From positions 1 through 52,890 of the forward strand of contig CAYNOZ010000001.1 of NCBI GenBank assembly GCA_964398955.1: DNA of 52,890 nucleotides. The letters run 5' to 3'. Shown here one piece after another: positions 30,786 through 40,335 of the stretch. Made by a program: the position numbers and the translations under genes. The stretch comes from an uncultured Thermococci archaeon. GTDB taxonomy: Archaea; Methanobacteriota_B; Thermococci; Thermococcales; CAYNOZ01. The notes beneath the pieces are model-generated. The model did no database searches and was not told the DNA's origin. It saw only the letters and a list, made by a program, of their open reading frames with translations. Within the stretch, counting starts at the first letter, position 1; the number at the start of each line of letters is the position of its first letter.

Positions 30786-31877
30786 TCACCTTAACTCAAT
30801 TTTTTTATTTTCTAAGCCTTTACTTTGTATCTCAATTCTATTATTATTTTGAATTACTTCTCCAACAATTTTTGATTTTAAATTATGAGATTTAAGAATT
30901 TCAATAACATTTTCAGGTTCTGGAGTTGTAATAAAAAAGCATTGGCCCATATTCCAAGTTTTATAAGCTTCTTCTTCCGATACAGGACCTAATTCTTGAA
31001 GTTCTAAGAATTCTTTATGTGGTTCAAAAAGATCATCAATTTTTACTCCTAAATCATTCTTAAGAATTCTTTTAAAGTTTAGAATACCCCCACCAGTTAC
31101 ATGAACAATTCCTGTAACCTTGGCCTTACTTTTTTCCTTGTAACCTCCAAAAAGATCTACTAAACCTTTAGCACAAATAATTGAAGGCTTTAACAGTTTT
31201 TCTCCCCATGTCTCAGAATCAAGTTTTATTTCGTGCCAATTCTCACCAAAATTATCCTCACAGATTTTTCTAGCTAATGTAAGTCCATTACTTCTCATGC
31301 CATTACTCTTAATTGCAACAATTTTATCTTCTTTAGAGATTTCAGTCCCATCAATTTTTTTACCTTTTTCTAAAACTCCTAGAACATCTGCGTTCCAAAT
31401 ATATGGAGTTTTATATCCTTTAACTTGATCCACTAATTCAGCTATTTCCCCTCCTACCATAGCTATCCTTGCTTTTTTACAAGCTTTCGATAATCCTTCC
31501 ATGAGTTCCTTGATGACTTCGATATTCATCTTCTTAATATCTAAGGTGTTAGTTGCCACAAAAGGCTCTGCTCCAATCGAAACTGTATCTCCTACATTCA
31601 TTGCTATTAAATCATTAGCTATTGTATCATGTTTACCAATTCTCTGAGCTATTAAAGCTTTAGAACCTATTCCATCGGAATTTTTCACTAAATACGATTC
31701 TTCTAAATTATCAACTCGTATTGGTGCTGTAAAACCTTCTTCCCATTCTTCAGGTTTTCCAAATCTCCCATTCCTATTCTTATAGGTTTTCAAGCAAGTT
31801 TCATAAGCGATTTTAGAACATTTATCTCCTAATGAAACATCAACTCCTGAATCCTCATAACTGAATTCATCTTTCAT
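30786..31877 (-). CDS. purM: AIR synthetase
   Basis: 363 aa with 'YEDSGVDVSLGD', 'NSDGIGSKALIA' and 'HVTGGG'. Confidence 0.85.
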   Translation of the reverse strand: MKDEFSYEDSGVDVSLGDKCSKIAYETCLKTYKNRNGRFGKPEEWEEGFTAPIRVDNLEESYLVKNSDGIGSKALIAQRIGKHDTIANDLIAMNVGDTVSIGAEPFVATNTLDIKKMNIEVIKELMEGLSKACKKARIAMVGGEIAELVDQVKGYKTPYIWNADVLGVLEKGKKIDGTEISKEDKIVAIKSNGMRSNGLTLARKICEDNFGENWHEIKLDSETWGEKLLKPSIICAKGLVDLFGGYKEKSKAKVTGIVHVTGGGILNFKRILKNDLGVKIDDLFEPHKEFLELQELGPVSEEEAYKTWNMGQCFFITTPEPENVIEILKSHNLKSKIVGEVIQNNNRIEIQSKGLENKKIELR

Positions 31878-32689
31878 TTTAACTCCTCTTTAATGTATTC
31901 AACAGCATTTTCGAAGATTTTAACTCCTCTACCAGTTTCTGACCTATTTTGATCTTTTTTAAGGCGCCAGTTTGGTTCATTGAAAGAATAACGAAAAGCT
32001 TCAGGATGGGGCATTAACCCAAGTATTCTACCAGTCTCATCGCAAACTCCTGCAATATCTCTTATAGCCCCATTAGGATTATAAGGAAATTCTCTGTCAG
32101 CTTTTTCACCATTAGATTTCGAATATCTCAAAGGTGCTTGATTATTTCCCTCTAATTCATTCAATATTTGCTCTGAGGCTACGAACTTTCCTTCAGCATG
32201 TCTTATGGGTAAATGTATTTTATCGATATCTTTTAAGAAAATGCAATTAGAATCTTCGACTTTGAGATAAGTCCATTTATCTATAAATCTTCCAAGATCA
32301 TTATAAGTTAGTGAAATCTTTTGTTTTTGAGTATTACTAGAAGGTAAAAGAGGATACTTTGCAAGAACCTGAAATCCATTGCAAATTCCTAAAAGTAATT
32401 TACCATCTTTCACAAATTGTTCTATCTCCTCTGATAAATTTGTTCTTAATTTATTGGCTAAAATCTTTCCAGCAGAAATTGCATCGCCGTGAAGAAAACC
32501 TCCAGGAATAACAATTAATTCAGATTTCTGGAGAATTGAACTATCATTTATTAGATCATTAATATGATCTTTTTTTACTTTAATTTCGGTGTTGTCAATA
32601 TTCTTTTTTTTAATAGCTGTCTCCATAGTTGAAATTGTTTCCAAGTCACAATTAATTCCATAACCATGTAAGATCGATATTCTGATCAT
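31874..32689 (-). CDS. purQ: FGAM synthase, glutaminase subunit
   Basis: 271 aa with the catalytic 'GICNGFQ' and 'MPHPE'. Confidence 0.9.
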   Translation of the reverse strand: MIRISILHGYGINCDLETISTMETAIKKKNIDNTEIKVKKDHINDLINDSSILQKSELIVIPGGFLHGDAISAGKILANKLRTNLSEEIEQFVKDGKLLLGICNGFQVLAKYPLLPSSNTQKQKISLTYNDLGRFIDKWTYLKVEDSNCIFLKDIDKIHLPIRHAEGKFVASEQILNELEGNNQAPLRYSKSNGEKADREFPYNPNGAIRDIAGVCDETGRILGLMPHPEAFRYSFNEPNWRLKKDQNRSETGRGVKIFENAVEYIKEELK

Positions 32690-35661
32690 TAGAAATCACC
32701 GAAAGTTTTCTTATAAGATTTTTTTAATTCTTTTATATTTTCTTCTATTATTTGATCGCCTTTAATTCCTTTTACTGTTAAAATTTTTGAAGAACGTATA
32801 CTTCCTATCTTTGAATGAGGTATATCTTTCATTAATTTCTCAAAAGAACGTTTTTTCTCAGGTTTGATTGTTACAATGAATCTGGAAGGTGTTTCGGAGA
32901 ATAGTATCTTATCATCTCTTTCTAAAGTAGTTGGAACCTTTGAAAGATCTACTTTAAGACCTTTATCTCCTGCCATAGCTTTTTTAGCTAAAGAAATACC
33001 TAACCCACCTCTGTAACATCCAGTGCAACTCTCTAACAGTTCTTTTTCAGTAGCTTCTGATATTGCTTTGTATATGTCATAAGATTCTTCGGGATCCACT
33101 TTTGGAACATTTAATCCTATCTCATCCTTCATTTCATAATATTCAGAGGCTCCAAGTTCATCCTTAGTTTCTCCAATAACGTAAATCAAATCTCCACTAG
33201 AATTCGGAGTTAAACTAATAGATTTTGAAACATCTTTAACTTTTCCAAGTGCCGCAAACTGAAGAGCTGGAAGACCTGAAACCTTCTCAGTTTCTCCATC
33301 AGAGTTTTTTAGTTCTCCTCCTATGAACATTGAGTCTTTTCCAGAGATACAAGGGGTTTCAAATTTCTTAGTAAATTTGTAAAGGGCCTTATTCGCTCTT
33401 ACTAACTTTCCTAGATTTTCTTTTCCCTCTGGATTGTCTTCACTCTGAATGGAGTTAGGCCAGCAGAAATTATCATTTAAGGCAATATAGTCAATTGAAG
33501 CTCCTACAGATAAAATTCTTCTTATTGATTCATCTAGAGAAGATGCTGCCATCCAATATGGATCTATTTGAGAATACTTGAAGTTATTACCAAGTGACAA
33601 TGCTAAACCAGATTTATATTTTTTTAAAGGTTTTATAACGGATGCATCAGATTTTACATCATTTTTAATTCCTACATATGGTTTTATAACTGAAGTTCCT
33701 TGTACTTCATGGTCATATTGTCTTTGAATCCATTCCTTTGAGGCTATATTTTTTCTCGAAAGCATTTCTTTAAGAAAATTATTATAATTTTCTGGAGATT
33801 TTATTTCTGGTTCTTTTCCGTATTCAGGATTCCATTCAGCTTTTAATTCAAATCTTGGAAATTTTTTATGTAAGAATTCCATATCTAAGTAAGCAACTGT
33901 TTCTCCGCGGTATAGGACGTGGAATTTTCCAGTATTTTTATATTTTCCAATTGAGGTAATTTCAACATCATGTTTCTTCGCCAATTTTTCTAATTCTTTG
34001 ATTTTCCCTGGATCTACGCCTAGAATCATTCTTTCTTGTGATTCCGATATTATTATTTCCCAAGGGTCTAATCCTTTATACTTTAGAGGTACTTTATCAA
34101 GATGTAATTCACATCCGTTGCTGAATTCTGCAGTCTCTCCAACTGCTGATGATAGTCCTCCCCCTCCAATATCCCAAGTCAGCTTATATAATCCTAAATC
34201 TCTTGCTTCTATCATAAAATCATGGACTTTCTTCTGGGTGAATGGATCTCCTATTTGTACGTGACTAGCAGTTATATGCTCTCCAAATTCTAATGAAGAT
34301 TCTGTAACCCCATGAATACCATCTTTACCTACTCTTCCTCCTATCATTACTATTAGATCATCTTCTTCGACGTCTTTCTCCCAACTTTGTTCTTCATTTA
34401 TCTCTTTGGGCATTAAACCTACAGATCCAACGTATACCAAAGGTTTACCTAAGAAACTATTGTCATATTTAGAATAACCATAGATTGTTGGAACTCCAGA
34501 TTTGTTCCCTCCATCTCGTACACCTTCCACTACTCCTTCTAGCAATCTTCTTGGAGGTATTTCTGGATTTAAATTTCCATCATAAAATGGGTCTGGAGTA
34601 CAGAATCCATATGAACCTGCTATTAACTTTGATCCTTTTCCAGCTCCTAATATGTCCCTATACACTCCTACTATGCCTGTTTCAGCTCCACCATAAGGTT
34701 CTTTAGCAGATGGAGAGTTATGTGTCTCAAATTTCATCGAAACAGCCCAGTCATCATTAAACTCTATAACTCCTGCATTATCCCAAAAAACAGATAATAT
34801 CCAATCTTTATCGATTTCTTCAGTACTTCCTTTAATATAAGTGTTGAACAAGGAATTAATTGTAACTTTTTCCTCAGTAACCTTATTAACATAATTGATT
34901 TCGCTGTTGAAAATCTTGTGTTTACAATGCTCTGACTGCGTTTGGGCTATTATTTCAAGCTCTACATCAGTTATTTTACCAGATAAACCATAATCAGCTC
35001 TTTCATTCATAAACAAACTTTGGTCAAAATGATCTTTTATAGTTCTTATCTCATTAATATTCAAATCAAAATTTCTTTTTTCACAAATCTTTTCAAGTTT
35101 TTTAACACTCATATCTGAAATATTAAACTTCTTTAGATTTGTATTTTCATTTAATTTAACCTTAGGAACTTTATTTTTAATATCATCTTTTTCAAATTCC
35201 TCTTTAGTTAAAATCTCAGTTTTGTTAATAAGATCGTTCGATAATAAATCATTAGCTATCTCTTCAACGTCCTCCCTGTCTAAATTTCCTTTTACATAAT
35301 AATTTTTAGCTGTATATACATCTCCATCAATATCAGCATCTAAAAGTTCATTAATAGCATCTTCAGATCTCTCAGCCACATTATCTTTAACTCCGGGTAA
35401 GAACCCTACAAAAATAAGCCAATCAAAATCATCAAAAATAGGTGAAGAATAAGATCCCTTCTGAGTTACAGGATCAACAAAAATCTGATCCTTAATCTCA
35501 TTTAAATCCTTAGAATCTAAATCCATGTCAAATAAGTAAACATCGCTAATATTAATTGAGTTGATCTCAGTAAAATATTTATTGACTTTCTCTTCAAGAC
35601 TAGTAGCTCTTGCATCTTCAAATTCCTTCTTAAATACCACTTCTAATTCATGAACCATCAC
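32689..35661 (-). CDS. purL: FGAM synthase subunit PurL fused to two N-terminal PurS-like modules
   Basis: 990 aa. The PurL core begins with 'SEHCKHK' at residues 243-249, followed by 'FETHNSPS'. Residues ~1-70 and ~81-152 look like PurS repeats (the second ends 'DLLSNDLINKTEI', compare PurS 'LLANPVIE'). The track start is GTG (35661); the ATG at 35658 is likelier. Confidence 0.85.
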   Translation of the reverse strand: MMVHELEVVFKKEFEDARATSLEEKVNKYFTEINSINISDVYLFDMDLDSKDLNEIKDQIFVDPVTQKGSYSSPIFDDFDWLIFVGFLPGVKDNVAERSEDAINELLDADIDGDVYTAKNYYVKGNLDREDVEEIANDLLSNDLINKTEILTKEEFEKDDIKNKVPKVKLNENTNLKKFNISDMSVKKLEKICEKRNFDLNINEIRTIKDHFDQSLFMNERADYGLSGKITDVELEIIAQTQSEHCKHKIFNSEINYVNKVTEEKVTINSLFNTYIKGSTEEIDKDWILSVFWDNAGVIEFNDDWAVSMKFETHNSPSAKEPYGGAETGIVGVYRDILGAGKGSKLIAGSYGFCTPDPFYDGNLNPEIPPRRLLEGVVEGVRDGGNKSGVPTIYGYSKYDNSFLGKPLVYVGSVGLMPKEINEEQSWEKDVEEDDLIVMIGGRVGKDGIHGVTESSLEFGEHITASHVQIGDPFTQKKVHDFMIEARDLGLYKLTWDIGGGGLSSAVGETAEFSNGCELHLDKVPLKYKGLDPWEIIISESQERMILGVDPGKIKELEKLAKKHDVEITSIGKYKNTGKFHVLYRGETVAYLDMEFLHKKFPRFELKAEWNPEYGKEPEIKSPENYNNFLKEMLSRKNIASKEWIQRQYDHEVQGTSVIKPYVGIKNDVKSDASVIKPLKKYKSGLALSLGNNFKYSQIDPYWMAASSLDESIRRILSVGASIDYIALNDNFCWPNSIQSEDNPEGKENLGKLVRANKALYKFTKKFETPCISGKDSMFIGGELKNSDGETEKVSGLPALQFAALGKVKDVSKSISLTPNSSGDLIYVIGETKDELGASEYYEMKDEIGLNVPKVDPEESYDIYKAISEATEKELLESCTGCYRGGLGISLAKKAMAGDKGLKVDLSKVPTTLERDDKILFSETPSRFIVTIKPEKKRSFEKLMKDIPHSKIGSIRSSKILTVKGIKGDQIIEENIKELKKSYKKTFGDF

Positions 35662-36544
35662 AAATCAACTCCTCTGAAACATCTTTAATTTCAATAATAG
35701 CTCCATGACTTTTTATTGATGCTTTCGCCATTTTATTACCTAAATTCATACATTCAACTATATTTTCACCCTTTAGTAATCCTAAAATAAATCCTGAAAT
35801 GAAAGAATCACCTGCACCAGTTGTATCCACAGCAGAAGAACTTTCAATTGATATAAATTCACTAAATTTTTTATTCCTAATAAATGAACCATTTTTACCT
35901 CTGGTGACTATAACATTATCAGATCCTAAATCAACTAAATCTTCAGAAGCCTTCTCAAAACTTTTTCCAGTCAATAGCTCTGCCTCATCTTCATTCAAAA
36001 ATAGAAAATTAGCCCTTTCAATAAAATTTCTTAACTCAGATAATTCTCTCTTAGCGTATAAATGACCTGGAGAAAATATCAAACCAATCTGATCAGGTAT
36101 TTCATCAATCAATTGTCTTTGAATATGGAACTGTTTTTCATCGGCAAATGAACTTATTAGCACATATTTAGAATCAAAAAGATACTCTTTTGAAATATCT
36201 TTTAGTTTTAATTCATTATTGGCTCCAGAATCTATAAAAATCGTTCTTTCACCATTCCGATCTATAAAACAAATGGTTTTACCCGTTTCACTATCTTTAA
36301 CTTCTACTCCTTCCCTATCTATCCATTCAAAAGAATCTTCAAGAATTTTTGATTCATTACCGATAGCTCCAACATATCCTACATTATAACCAATTTTACC
36401 TAAATTAACACAGGTATTCAGGCCTGATCCACCTTGAAACTCGCCTATTTTTTTACATGTGGATTCTGTTCCTGATTCAGGAAATTTAGAAATTCTAAAA
36501 ATATGATCTATGTTAATAGCGCCGAAACCTGTTAGATCCTTCAA
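35648..36544 (-). CDS. PfkB/ribokinase-family sugar or nucleoside kinase
   Basis: 298 aa with 'GGSGLNT' and the C-terminal 'DTTGAGDSF' PfkB signatures. It is embedded in the pur operon, with 4-nt and 11-14-nt overlaps to its neighbours. Confidence 0.8.
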   Translation of the reverse strand: MKDLTGFGAINIDHIFRISKFPESGTESTCKKIGEFQGGSGLNTCVNLGKIGYNVGYVGAIGNESKILEDSFEWIDREGVEVKDSETGKTICFIDRNGERTIFIDSGANNELKLKDISKEYLFDSKYVLISSFADEKQFHIQRQLIDEIPDQIGLIFSPGHLYAKRELSELRNFIERANFLFLNEDEAELLTGKSFEKASEDLVDLGSDNVIVTRGKNGSFIRNKKFSEFISIESSSAVDTTGAGDSFISGFILGLLKGENIVECMNLGNKMAKASIKSHGAIIEIKDVSEELICDGS

Positions 36545-37497
36545 CCTAAGTCACCTGCCTTGCCTCTCAAATTTCTTCTGGTTTTTTCACTGAAAAATAC
36601 TATATTTTCAGGTTTTTTAATCCATTTAAAGTATGGAATTCTTTTTTCAATGTCATTACTATATTTCTGTTTTAGGTAGTTAATTCCATATTTGTCAAAT
36701 TCTTTTAAGATTTTCAGAATATCAGAGGATTTATTTGAAACTATAGCGAAATTTGCCGATTCAATAGCATATTTATTACCATTAAAGGAAATTGACAGTC
36801 CCATTTTCTCTTTGGTTTTTCTCAGCATTACAGAATCTGTGATACTATCCCCAATAACTTTAATCTCTGAGAGATCTTTATTTTCTTTAGAGATTATATC
36901 TAAAAGAGCTTCATATTTCCTTGATCCTCCGATAGGATCTACTTCATCTATTACTTTTCCGAAATTCGTTTTCGGTAAAATTTCCCAGAAAAATTTATCC
37001 AATTCACTTTTAATTTCTTCATTTACTTCCTTATAATTAACTATTTTTTTGCTCCAGTCTTTAACTATTTTTACATCTTTTTCTGGAATAGAATATTTTT
37101 CAATATCTAATTTAGTTGAGTATATGTATCTTTCATCCAGTTCTAAGTCTTCTGATATTTTCTTCAAAAGATGTTCGTAACTGGTGCTTATTATGTAAAC
37201 ATTCTCTTCTTCACGTAGATTTGAAATAGTTTCTTTTGCGCCTCTAAGATATTTAGCCCTATTTGATAGATCTTTTAAATCATCATTGGTTACTCCATGA
37301 GTTATTAAAAATGGTAATATTAGTTTTAATGTATTTCCAGCTTCATATCCATCCCTTTGTTCATCTAAAAACAATTTATCATCGTATTCTGATATTATTT
37401 CAAATATTTTACCGCCTTTAGGTACATATTCACTCATAGATAAGAATGCATGATCTATATCTACTAAAGGTCCTTCTAAATCAAAGATAGTTGTCAC
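36541..37497 (-). CDS. HAD-superfamily-like protein with D-x-E first motif (EhaR-like?), function unknown
   Basis: 318 aa. Motif I is 'FDLEGPL' (Asp6, with Glu8 in place of the second Asp). Motif II is 'VYIISTS', there is a Lys in 'GGSRKYE', and motif IV is 'IGDSITD'. It has 4-nt overlaps with purD and the PfkB gene. Confidence 0.6.
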   Translation of the reverse strand: MTTIFDLEGPLVDIDHAFLSMSEYVPKGGKIFEIISEYDDKLFLDEQRDGYEAGNTLKLILPFLITHGVTNDDLKDLSNRAKYLRGAKETISNLREEENVYIISTSYEHLLKKISEDLELDERYIYSTKLDIEKYSIPEKDVKIVKDWSKKIVNYKEVNEEIKSELDKFFWEILPKTNFGKVIDEVDPIGGSRKYEALLDIISKENKDLSEIKVIGDSITDSVMLRKTKEKMGLSISFNGNKYAIESANFAIVSNKSSDILKILKEFDKYGINYLKQKYSNDIEKRIPYFKWIKKPENIVFFSEKTRRNLRGKAGDLG

Positions 37498-38873
37498 TTA
37501 GTAAGCCTCCTAAGATTGTCAATACTTTTATTTATATGCTCTTCAGAAGCTATATCTTCCCTATACCTAAGTTCAGATCCTTTAATTTCACTAATGGCTT
37601 TTTGAGAAATTTTTCTAGCTTTTTCTATAGTATCTGCTATTCCTACAGCACAAACTGTTCTAGATGAGATAGAATAGGTCTCCTCGTCCTTCAATTCCAA
37701 ATCTGCAGGATATATCCTTAGTTGATTTCCATACTGTTCTTTCATTTTTAATGCATCGGTTAAGTCAACTTCCTTATCGCCCTTGTACTTTTCATCTCTA
37801 CCATAATCCCATGGAACCTTATATGTAACTACAGAAGCTTTATCCATAAAATCAAGAGCCTTCAAATTAGATTCTAAAATATCCAAGCAAATCTCAACGA
37901 AATCATTTTCTAGTAAGGGCATAATATTAATCATTTCAGGATCTCCAGGCCTGCTATTAATCTCCAATACTTTAAGACCATTAGAACCAATTATAAACCC
38001 TATATAGATAGATAAACCCTTTAAACCTGAATTAAAATCCCCATTCTTTAGCTTATTATGTAATTTCTTTCCTACTTCTAAGCTTTTCTCCCAGTCTTCC
38101 TCACTCATAAAAGGCAATATATTATTTTTAGATTTATAAGACCCCATTCCTCCAGTATTAGGTCCTTCATCGCCTTCAAACGCTCTTTTATAATCTCTAA
38201 CACTTGGAGTTTCTACTAAATGATCACCATCTGAGAAAAATTGAACACTAAATTCCTCACCATCTATTTTCCTCTCAATTATTACCATTCCATCTTCCAA
38301 ATTTGGATAAAAATAATTCTCAAATAATTCGTCCCTAGAATCGAAGTGATCACCCCATACTCCAACTCCTTTACCAGCGGCAGGAGTATCAGGTTTGACA
38401 GCTACCTCATCACCGATTTCATCTAAGTACTCAAATAGATCTTTTTTAGCTTCCATCTTAGAAGAATAATCATCAGGGTCAAAAACCTTAAACTCTGGAT
38501 TCATTTCAGGAAAAATTTCCTCTAACAATTCTCTTTGTCTAACCTTACTAGCTTCAATAGCAAACTCCGATGTAGGACATACCATCTGAATACCGGTATT
38601 CTTCTCTATTTTATCTCTCACACCATCAATGATGGGGCCTTCCGGACCTACCAAACCAAATCTTATATTATTTTCATGTTTTTTAGCGAATTCAACAATT
38701 TTATCAACATCTAAATCTGGTATAACCCTATGTTCTGTAGATTTTTCTAAATTAAATGGATTATTTTGCTTATCCACTACATAAAGATCTACATCATGCT
38801 TGCTTTTATCAAGAGCATCCACGATTGATGCTCCTCTTGCTCCATATGATATTACCAAAATTCCAATCTTCAT
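37494..38873 (-). CDS. purD: GAR synthetase
   Basis: 459 aa, ATP-grasp, with 'GPNTGGMGSY' and 'EINSRPGDPE'. Confidence 0.85.
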   Translation of the reverse strand: MKIGILVISYGARGASIVDALDKSKHDVDLYVVDKQNNPFNLEKSTEHRVIPDLDVDKIVEFAKKHENNIRFGLVGPEGPIIDGVRDKIEKNTGIQMVCPTSEFAIEASKVRQRELLEEIFPEMNPEFKVFDPDDYSSKMEAKKDLFEYLDEIGDEVAVKPDTPAAGKGVGVWGDHFDSRDELFENYFYPNLEDGMVIIERKIDGEEFSVQFFSDGDHLVETPSVRDYKRAFEGDEGPNTGGMGSYKSKNNILPFMSEEDWEKSLEVGKKLHNKLKNGDFNSGLKGLSIYIGFIIGSNGLKVLEINSRPGDPEMINIMPLLENDFVEICLDILESNLKALDFMDKASVVTYKVPWDYGRDEKYKGDKEVDLTDALKMKEQYGNQLRIYPADLELKDEETYSISSRTVCAVGIADTIEKARKISQKAISEIKGSELRYREDIASEEHINKSIDNLRRLTK

Positions 38874-40333
38874 AGATCCACCTCATCCTCTACTTCAAAA
38901 GGATAATTATCATTCAAACATCCTAAACAGAGATCATCAATTCCTATAGCTTTCTTTAAATTATCTATAGAATTATAGTATAAAGAATCAGATCCAAGTA
39001 CTTCATTCGCTTCTTTACTTATTTTTTTTACAGAAATTTTCCCTTTAACATACTCTTCATAGGATGGTAATTGACTAACGAATAATTCTTCTCTAGTAGG
39101 AATATCTAATCCAAAGAAACATGGCGAAACTAATGGAGGGCAAGAAATTCTTATATGAACCTCTTCAACTCCTAAATCTCTTACTTTCTTAATCATACTT
39201 CGTATACTGGTTCCACGAACTAATGAATCATCAAATAAAACTATTTTTTCCCCACTCATGAGATCATCTATGAAAGAAAGCTTTCTCTTAACAACGCTTT
39301 CTCTATCACTCTGATTACATTGTATAAAACTTCTTTCCGGAATAAATCGATCTCTCATAATTCCTTCAACATAAGGTAAGTTAGATTCTAGTGCAAATCC
39401 TTCTGCAGCGTATCTACCGCTATCCAGTATTGGTACTACCATTCCATCATTCACTTCATGATCCTTAGCAAGTTCTCTCCCAAGATCCATCCTTATCTTC
39501 CCAATATCCCGTCCATCTAGATGAGAATCAGGCCTTGAAAGATAAACATGTTCAAACATACAATGTTGATGTTCTTCAACAGGTATTCTAAATCTTTCAA
39601 TTCCACTAGAATTGATTCTTATTAGTTCTCCAGGTTTTACCTCCTCAAAAGTTTTATTTTTAAATATTTTATCGAAAGTAGAGGATTCAGAACTTAAAGC
39701 ATATGATTCACCAGAATTAGAAATACACAGAGGACGTATACCTAATGGGTCCCTGAATCCTATTAATTCTCCTTGTTCGGTTATTCCGAGAACTGCATAT
39801 CCTCCTTCTAGTTCATTAAATATTCTTTCAAAATTATTATCTTCTAAAGATTCTAGAAGTAAATACCCAATTATTTCAGCGTTAGTACCTATCTCGTCAT
39901 ATTGATTGAAATACTTTTCTTTTAAATACTCGAAATTACTTAGAGTTCCATTAAAAGCTATTGAAATTTTTTTACCATCTTTTTCAACTTCAATAGGTTG
40001 AGCATGTTTCCATTCATTCACTTCTTCAGTTGAATACCTGTTATGGCCAATTCCGGCTCCTGCACTTAACTTATCAACTATTATCCTCCCGTGATCCTCC
40101 CCTCTACTCTCTTTTTCTTGAACAAAATCTCTAGTTTCTGGAGCAAAAACATCTTTTACATACCCTATATCTTTATAGGTATTCATAGATCCATTATGAA
40201 TTGTCATTCCAGTAGATTCATGTCCTCTATGCTGTAAACTAAGTAAAGCTCTATAAATGAATAGAGGAATACTGGATTTATCTTCTTCTGAATTAGTGAA
40301 TATACCGAAAACTCCGCAGTGATCATTTACCAT
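38870..40333 (-). CDS. purF: amidophosphoribosyltransferase
   Basis: 487 aa with the Ntn catalytic Cys in 'MVNDH/CGVFGI' after a 5-aa propeptide, and the PRT motif 'IVLFDDSLVRGTS'. Confidence 0.9.
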   Translation of the reverse strand: MVNDHCGVFGIFTNSEEDKSSIPLFIYRALLSLQHRGHESTGMTIHNGSMNTYKDIGYVKDVFAPETRDFVQEKESRGEDHGRIIVDKLSAGAGIGHNRYSTEEVNEWKHAQPIEVEKDGKKISIAFNGTLSNFEYLKEKYFNQYDEIGTNAEIIGYLLLESLEDNNFERIFNELEGGYAVLGITEQGELIGFRDPLGIRPLCISNSGESYALSSESSTFDKIFKNKTFEEVKPGELIRINSSGIERFRIPVEEHQHCMFEHVYLSRPDSHLDGRDIGKIRMDLGRELAKDHEVNDGMVVPILDSGRYAAEGFALESNLPYVEGIMRDRFIPERSFIQCNQSDRESVVKRKLSFIDDLMSGEKIVLFDDSLVRGTSIRSMIKKVRDLGVEEVHIRISCPPLVSPCFFGLDIPTREELFVSQLPSYEEYVKGKISVKKISKEANEVLGSDSLYYNSIDNLKKAIGIDDLCLGCLNDNYPFEVEDEVDL

Positions 40334-40335
40334 AA

